Below, piece after piece: positions 60,914 to 64,000 of a stretch of 64,000 nt of DNA. Position 1 is the first letter of the stretch. Every line of letters starts with the position of its first letter. A program made the position numbers and the translations under genes. The notes under the pieces were generated by a model. The model was not told the DNA's origin, ran no database searches, and worked only from the letters and a program-made list of their open reading frames with translations. The stretch comes from a virus (taxonomy: Duplodnaviria > Caudoviricetes). The stretch lies in the IMG/VR virus record IMGVR_UViG_3300033075_001437, positions 32,001-96,000 of that record. The stretch is one strand, 5' to 3'.

Positions 60914-62018
60914 TGACTGGAACACTAGTTATATCTTCTAACATACTAATAAAATCAAGCACTTTTCGTGGTAATTTATCCCATTCATTTGTTTTGTAAC
61001 ATGACCAGTCAATATAATTAGCAAAATTTAACACTATTTTAGTAGCTCCATTAATAGCTGCAGCTTCAATTATTTGTTGCTTAGAAAAAGTAAAGACTCT
61101 ACGTAATCGTTTAGTAACTGTTGTCAACTCGCCTTTCATAACATCTTCTGGCGCGCCAGCATTTTTTGCTATATCAGACCATGATGTTTCTTCATGGTCT
61201 GAATAGCAACCGCCAGAATAACCTGTAATTTCGTCATTTTCTGTAATATTGCCTACACGTATTGGTGCTGGCCTTATAACAAGATATACATCCCCGACAT
61301 ATGCTGGAGGGATACCCATATCAGCGGCGTTTTGTAGTGAAGTCGTACTACGACTCGTACAAAACGGATAGTGTGACCCATGATTAATACAAAGACTAAA
61401 CCCTTGAGATCCTTCATGTAAAATAGTATATGTGTTATCCATGATTGACATTAATAACCTAGGCATTGATAATTGGTTATTTTCGATATCAAAAGCTTTT
61501 GCCAACTCATCTAAATTGCATAAATTTGGTACGATGTCCCTAGCCAATTGTAAACCGGCTTTACGCATTATTTTATCAGACATAAAAGCTCCACACCCCT
61601 GCATAGTGCTAGCTATATGCTTAGTACCGATATCCAGTTGTGACTCAATATCTTTATGACGCTGCAGGATTATACCAGCTCTTGGATGAACAAAAGATTT
61701 TTTAACATTACATTCTTTTAATTCTTCAAGCAATCTTTCAACAAAAAATGACGCTGTCGGGCCAATTACCACAAAAGGATTATATTCGCCATCTCTCCAA
61801 GCATTTAAAACCGCTGGTGTTGGCAATACTTTGCCAATAAATGATCTATCTGATAATCCCTCACTATCAATACTTGTATGTCCAGCATTAGCTTGATTAG
61901 TTGTTGAAACAATCTCTGGTCGATAACGATCAGCCAGGGCTGTTGAAATAAGTCCTTTACCACATGAACCCCATTGCCCATCAACAACAACATTGAACTT
62001 ACCGCGTTGCATTGTCAA
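60867..62018 (-). CDS. purZ: PurZ-type adenylosuccinate-synthetase homolog
   Basis: GQWGSCGKG (Ser where PurA has Asp), NAGHT, EGSQG, YPFCTSR, PIRVG, TTVTKR.RRV, LNFANY in place of PurA TKLD, TGP. Confidence 0.8.
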   Translation of the reverse strand: MTMQRGKFNVVVDGQWGSCGKGLISTALADRYRPEIVSTTNQANAGHTSIDSEGLSDRSFIGKVLPTPAVLNAWRDGEYNPFVVIGPTASFFVERLLEELKECNVKKSFVHPRAGIILQRHKDIESQLDIGTKHIASTMQGCGAFMSDKIMRKAGLQLARDIVPNLCNLDELAKAFDIENNQLSMPRLLMSIMDNTYTILHEGSQGFSLCINHGSHYPFCTSRSTTSLQNAADMGIPPAYVGDVYLVIRPAPIRVGNITENDEITGYSGGCYSDHEETSWSDIAKNAGAPEDVMKGELTTVTKRLRRVFTFSKQQIIEAAAINGATKIVLNFANYIDWSCYKTNEWDKLPRKVLDFISMLEDITSVPVTIVGTGPRNNHVCFR

Positions 62019-62031
62019 TCTCTCTTTCTTA

Positions 62032-62322
62032 TTAAGTCAAATCGTCAAAAAGCATTCTTAAATTAGCGTCTGAAATATCATCCGGTATTATATTAGACAC
62101 AAGTATTTCTTCGACTGAACCGTCGCATTTATAAATTGTGAATAAATTCCTAGATGATAATTCTTCTTTAAATTCCCTAACTATTCTAACAGCCCTAAGT
62201 TCTTCAAGCTTTTCATTAATGGTTGATGATAACAAATTTTCCTGATTAGCAAGCCACTTATCGCTCTTAACCAACAAATTAGGAAATTCTTTCATCGAAT
62301 TCATTAGTGATATAAAAGCCAT
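62032..62322 (-). CDS. hypothetical protein
   Basis: 96-aa ORF in the purZ operon. Confidence 0.55.
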   Translation of the reverse strand: MAFISLMNSMKEFPNLLVKSDKWLANQENLLSSTINEKLEELRAVRIVREFKEELSSRNLFTIYKCDGSVEEILVSNIIPDDISDANLRMLFDDLT

Positions 62323-62327
62323 GGTGT

Positions 62328-62957
62328 TTATTTTTCTGAAAGTAAGTTAAACTCATTTATTATTGTCTTAGCTTGATGTAAATTAACAGCATATCTATCA
62401 GCTTTTGTCTCAATAATTGATTTAACATCATTAATATTACCAGAAACTTTAATTTTAAATGTTCCAGCGTTCGAATTAAAAAAATCATTATACTTATTAT
62501 TTTTAATTTTATTATCGATACAATTTCTAATAAAATTAGGTGTATAAACACCAGAAAATAAACTTCTCATAGAAGAAAAATCATTCGTAAGAACAACATA
62601 TCTAATTTCATATAATTTATCAATCTTATTAATAATAAATTCTGACATATTTATAAGATCAATATTTGTAGTAGCATTATTGATAGCTATTTCATAACCG
62701 TCACTATCCATACCATCAACAGGAACACCTCTAAATTTATTTAAGCAATGATTATTACCATTTGGCCAATCAATCTGTGTTATGATCTTGTATTTGCCTT
62801 GTTGTTTGCCACGTAATATTATAGCTTGGTTTATAAGATTAGGATGTACAACCAAAGCTGGTATATTATACTTAACAGCTAAAGCAGAAGCATCTTTTAA
62901 TTCATTAACCTGAGAAATATCTATTTCAAGCTTACTAACAGGCGAACCGTTTAACAT
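62328..62957 (-). CDS. DeoC-like TIM barrel, degenerate
   Basis: ALVVHP, ITQIDWPNG....K, YEIAIN, FIRN (DeoC FVKT), KIKVSGNI (KASGGI). Confidence 0.55.
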   Translation of the reverse strand: MLNGSPVSKLEIDISQVNELKDASALAVKYNIPALVVHPNLINQAIILRGKQQGKYKIITQIDWPNGNNHCLNKFRGVPVDGMDSDGYEIAINNATTNIDLINMSEFIINKIDKLYEIRYVVLTNDFSSMRSLFSGVYTPNFIRNCIDNKIKNNKYNDFFNSNAGTFKIKVSGNINDVKSIIETKADRYAVNLHQAKTIINEFNLLSEK

Positions 62958-63358
62958 TTAAAACCTTTCTTAAAATTAATTATAAATTTGTAAACAGCAT
63001 CAAGATTGTCGAATTTACGAACACAATCTAACTGATAAAAAGTCTTAAATTCGATATTTTCGTCTGTCAAAAAAACAATTTCTGGCGAACCACGTAAAAT
63101 ACGTGACGCCAACGCAGCACCAAGTTCCACATGCGCACCAAGTTTAGCAGGAGCGACTAACAACAACAAGTCGCAATCTATAGCACCAAGTAATTCATTT
63201 AACGCAACATTTTTAATCTCGTCAATATTAGTATCATCTTTTGTAAAATGAAAACTAGTCCAATCATACGATATCTCAATACCAAAACTTTTTAATTTAT
63301 CATATATCTTTCTAACATTGTCAGCATTGCTAAGAGTAGAAGCGACATAAACTTTCAT
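62951..63358 (-). CDS. nucleoside 2-deoxyribosyltransferase / dNMP N-glycosidase family
   Basis: KVYVAS, YDWT, CDLLL, GAHVELGAA. Confidence 0.75.
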   Translation of the reverse strand: MKVYVASTLSNADNVRKIYDKLKSFGIEISYDWTSFHFTKDDTNIDEIKNVALNELLGAIDCDLLLLVAPAKLGAHVELGAALASRILRGSPEIVFLTDENIEFKTFYQLDCVRKFDNLDAVYKFIINFKKGFKC

Positions 63359-63361
63359 GTT

Positions 63362-64000
63362 TTAACCTTTCAATGATGACAATAAATGACTAACAGCTTC
63401 ATTTTCATTCAAATTATGAAATTTATTTACAAATGGCCATTTATTCCTACTAGAACAAAATACAAACTTATTTAACGTGTCATTATCCAAATTTTCGCTA
63501 GCATATAAATAATGCGCAGCTTCATTAGCGAACCTTTTCTTTCTGTCATCAGATTTAATATCAGGATTTTGACCATAAAAATATAACTTATTATTATCTT
63601 CATCAACATTCATATCAACACCAAATATATAGACCTTATCATAATTCATCCAAACAGCAAATTGCATTGACGCATAAACTGTAGAATTACCAATATGTAA
63701 ACCTTTTAACAAATCAAAGCTAAAACCTTTACCACCTATACTCTTAACTTGTAATGAATTCGCTTTTTGTCTTTTAACCCCAGTGCCATTGATTATAGTA
63801 CCATTGTAACTTTCCCATAAATCTTGATGTCTTCTAAATTGAGATGGGTCGTAAAAACTCCAATATTTAGTAGGCCAAAGTTTATGGTACGGTTTATTTA
63901 TAGACATAACATCTATTCTATCATCATTTAACAATTCAATATTTTTAACATCTAATACTGATGGTCCATTAGCAACAATAGCCAACACTTTACCAACACC
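63362..64000 (-). CDS. MAF/DUF115-like glycosyltransferase-fold protein (5' end beyond window)
   Basis: IVANGPS, SIN, STVYASMQFAVWM..VYIFGVDM; frame open to the window edge. Confidence 0.7.
   Translation of the reverse strand, partial: GVGKVLAIVANGPSVLDVKNIELLNDDRIDVMSINKPYHKLWPTKYWSFYDPSQFRRHQDLWESYNGTIINGTGVKRQKANSLQVKSIGGKGFSFDLLKGLHIGNSTVYASMQFAVWMNYDKVYIFGVDMNVDEDNNKLYFYGQNPDIKSDDRKKRFANEAAHYLYASENLDNDTLNKFVFCSSRNKWPFVNKFHNLNENEAVSHLLSSLKG

Noticed and set aside
60867-62018. Ordinary purA auxiliary gene
   Set aside because: Lacks the PurA Asp (WGDEGKG) and TKLD; has the PurZ-type Ser and NF
137-62551. Numerous short ORFs nested in or antisense to long genes (e.g. 9820..10152, 17099..17518, 55717..56091)
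   Set aside because: Shadows of well-supported genes, with no motifs of their own
1-64000. Stop-codon reassignment as the cause of DnaE fragmentation
   Set aside because: Conserved genes are full length in the standard code, the pieces are separated by whole genes, and reading through the TAG at 55847 meets TAA four codons later

Overview
AT-rich, densely coding 64-kb segment of a large (jumbo-type) dsDNA phage genome, mostly on the minus strand and read in the standard code. Two host-derived genes suggest a Planctomycetota host (inference). It carries a T4-like replication and recombination set (resolvase, 5'-3' exonuclease, gp32-like SSB, UvsY-like, UvsW, DnaB/gp41, RecA, NucS, a minimal PolA-like protein), many glycosyltransferases with GDP-fucose synthase, a 2156-aa probable virion protein, GroES and a degenerate tRNA-Thr. 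Main findings: (1) A C-family polymerase (DnaE) is broken into FIVE collinear genes over ~20.6 kb. Two junctions are split inteins, one with its halves ~7.5 kb apart. A third appears to be a catalytically dead Hint-domain remnant that could act as a non-covalent clasp. The fourth is a duplicated, degenerate palm segment. Three of the four breaks have an endonuclease gene, or its remnant, directly downstream. (2) A PurZ-type gene (2-aminoadenine pathway) lies next to an NDT-family N-glycosidase and a DeoC-like protein, and is followed by an HNH fragment and a frameshifted 3' end of a second purZ allele. (3) Several apparent pseudo-enzymes and a family of small paralogous ORFs. All assignments come from motifs recognised by eye; no searches were run.
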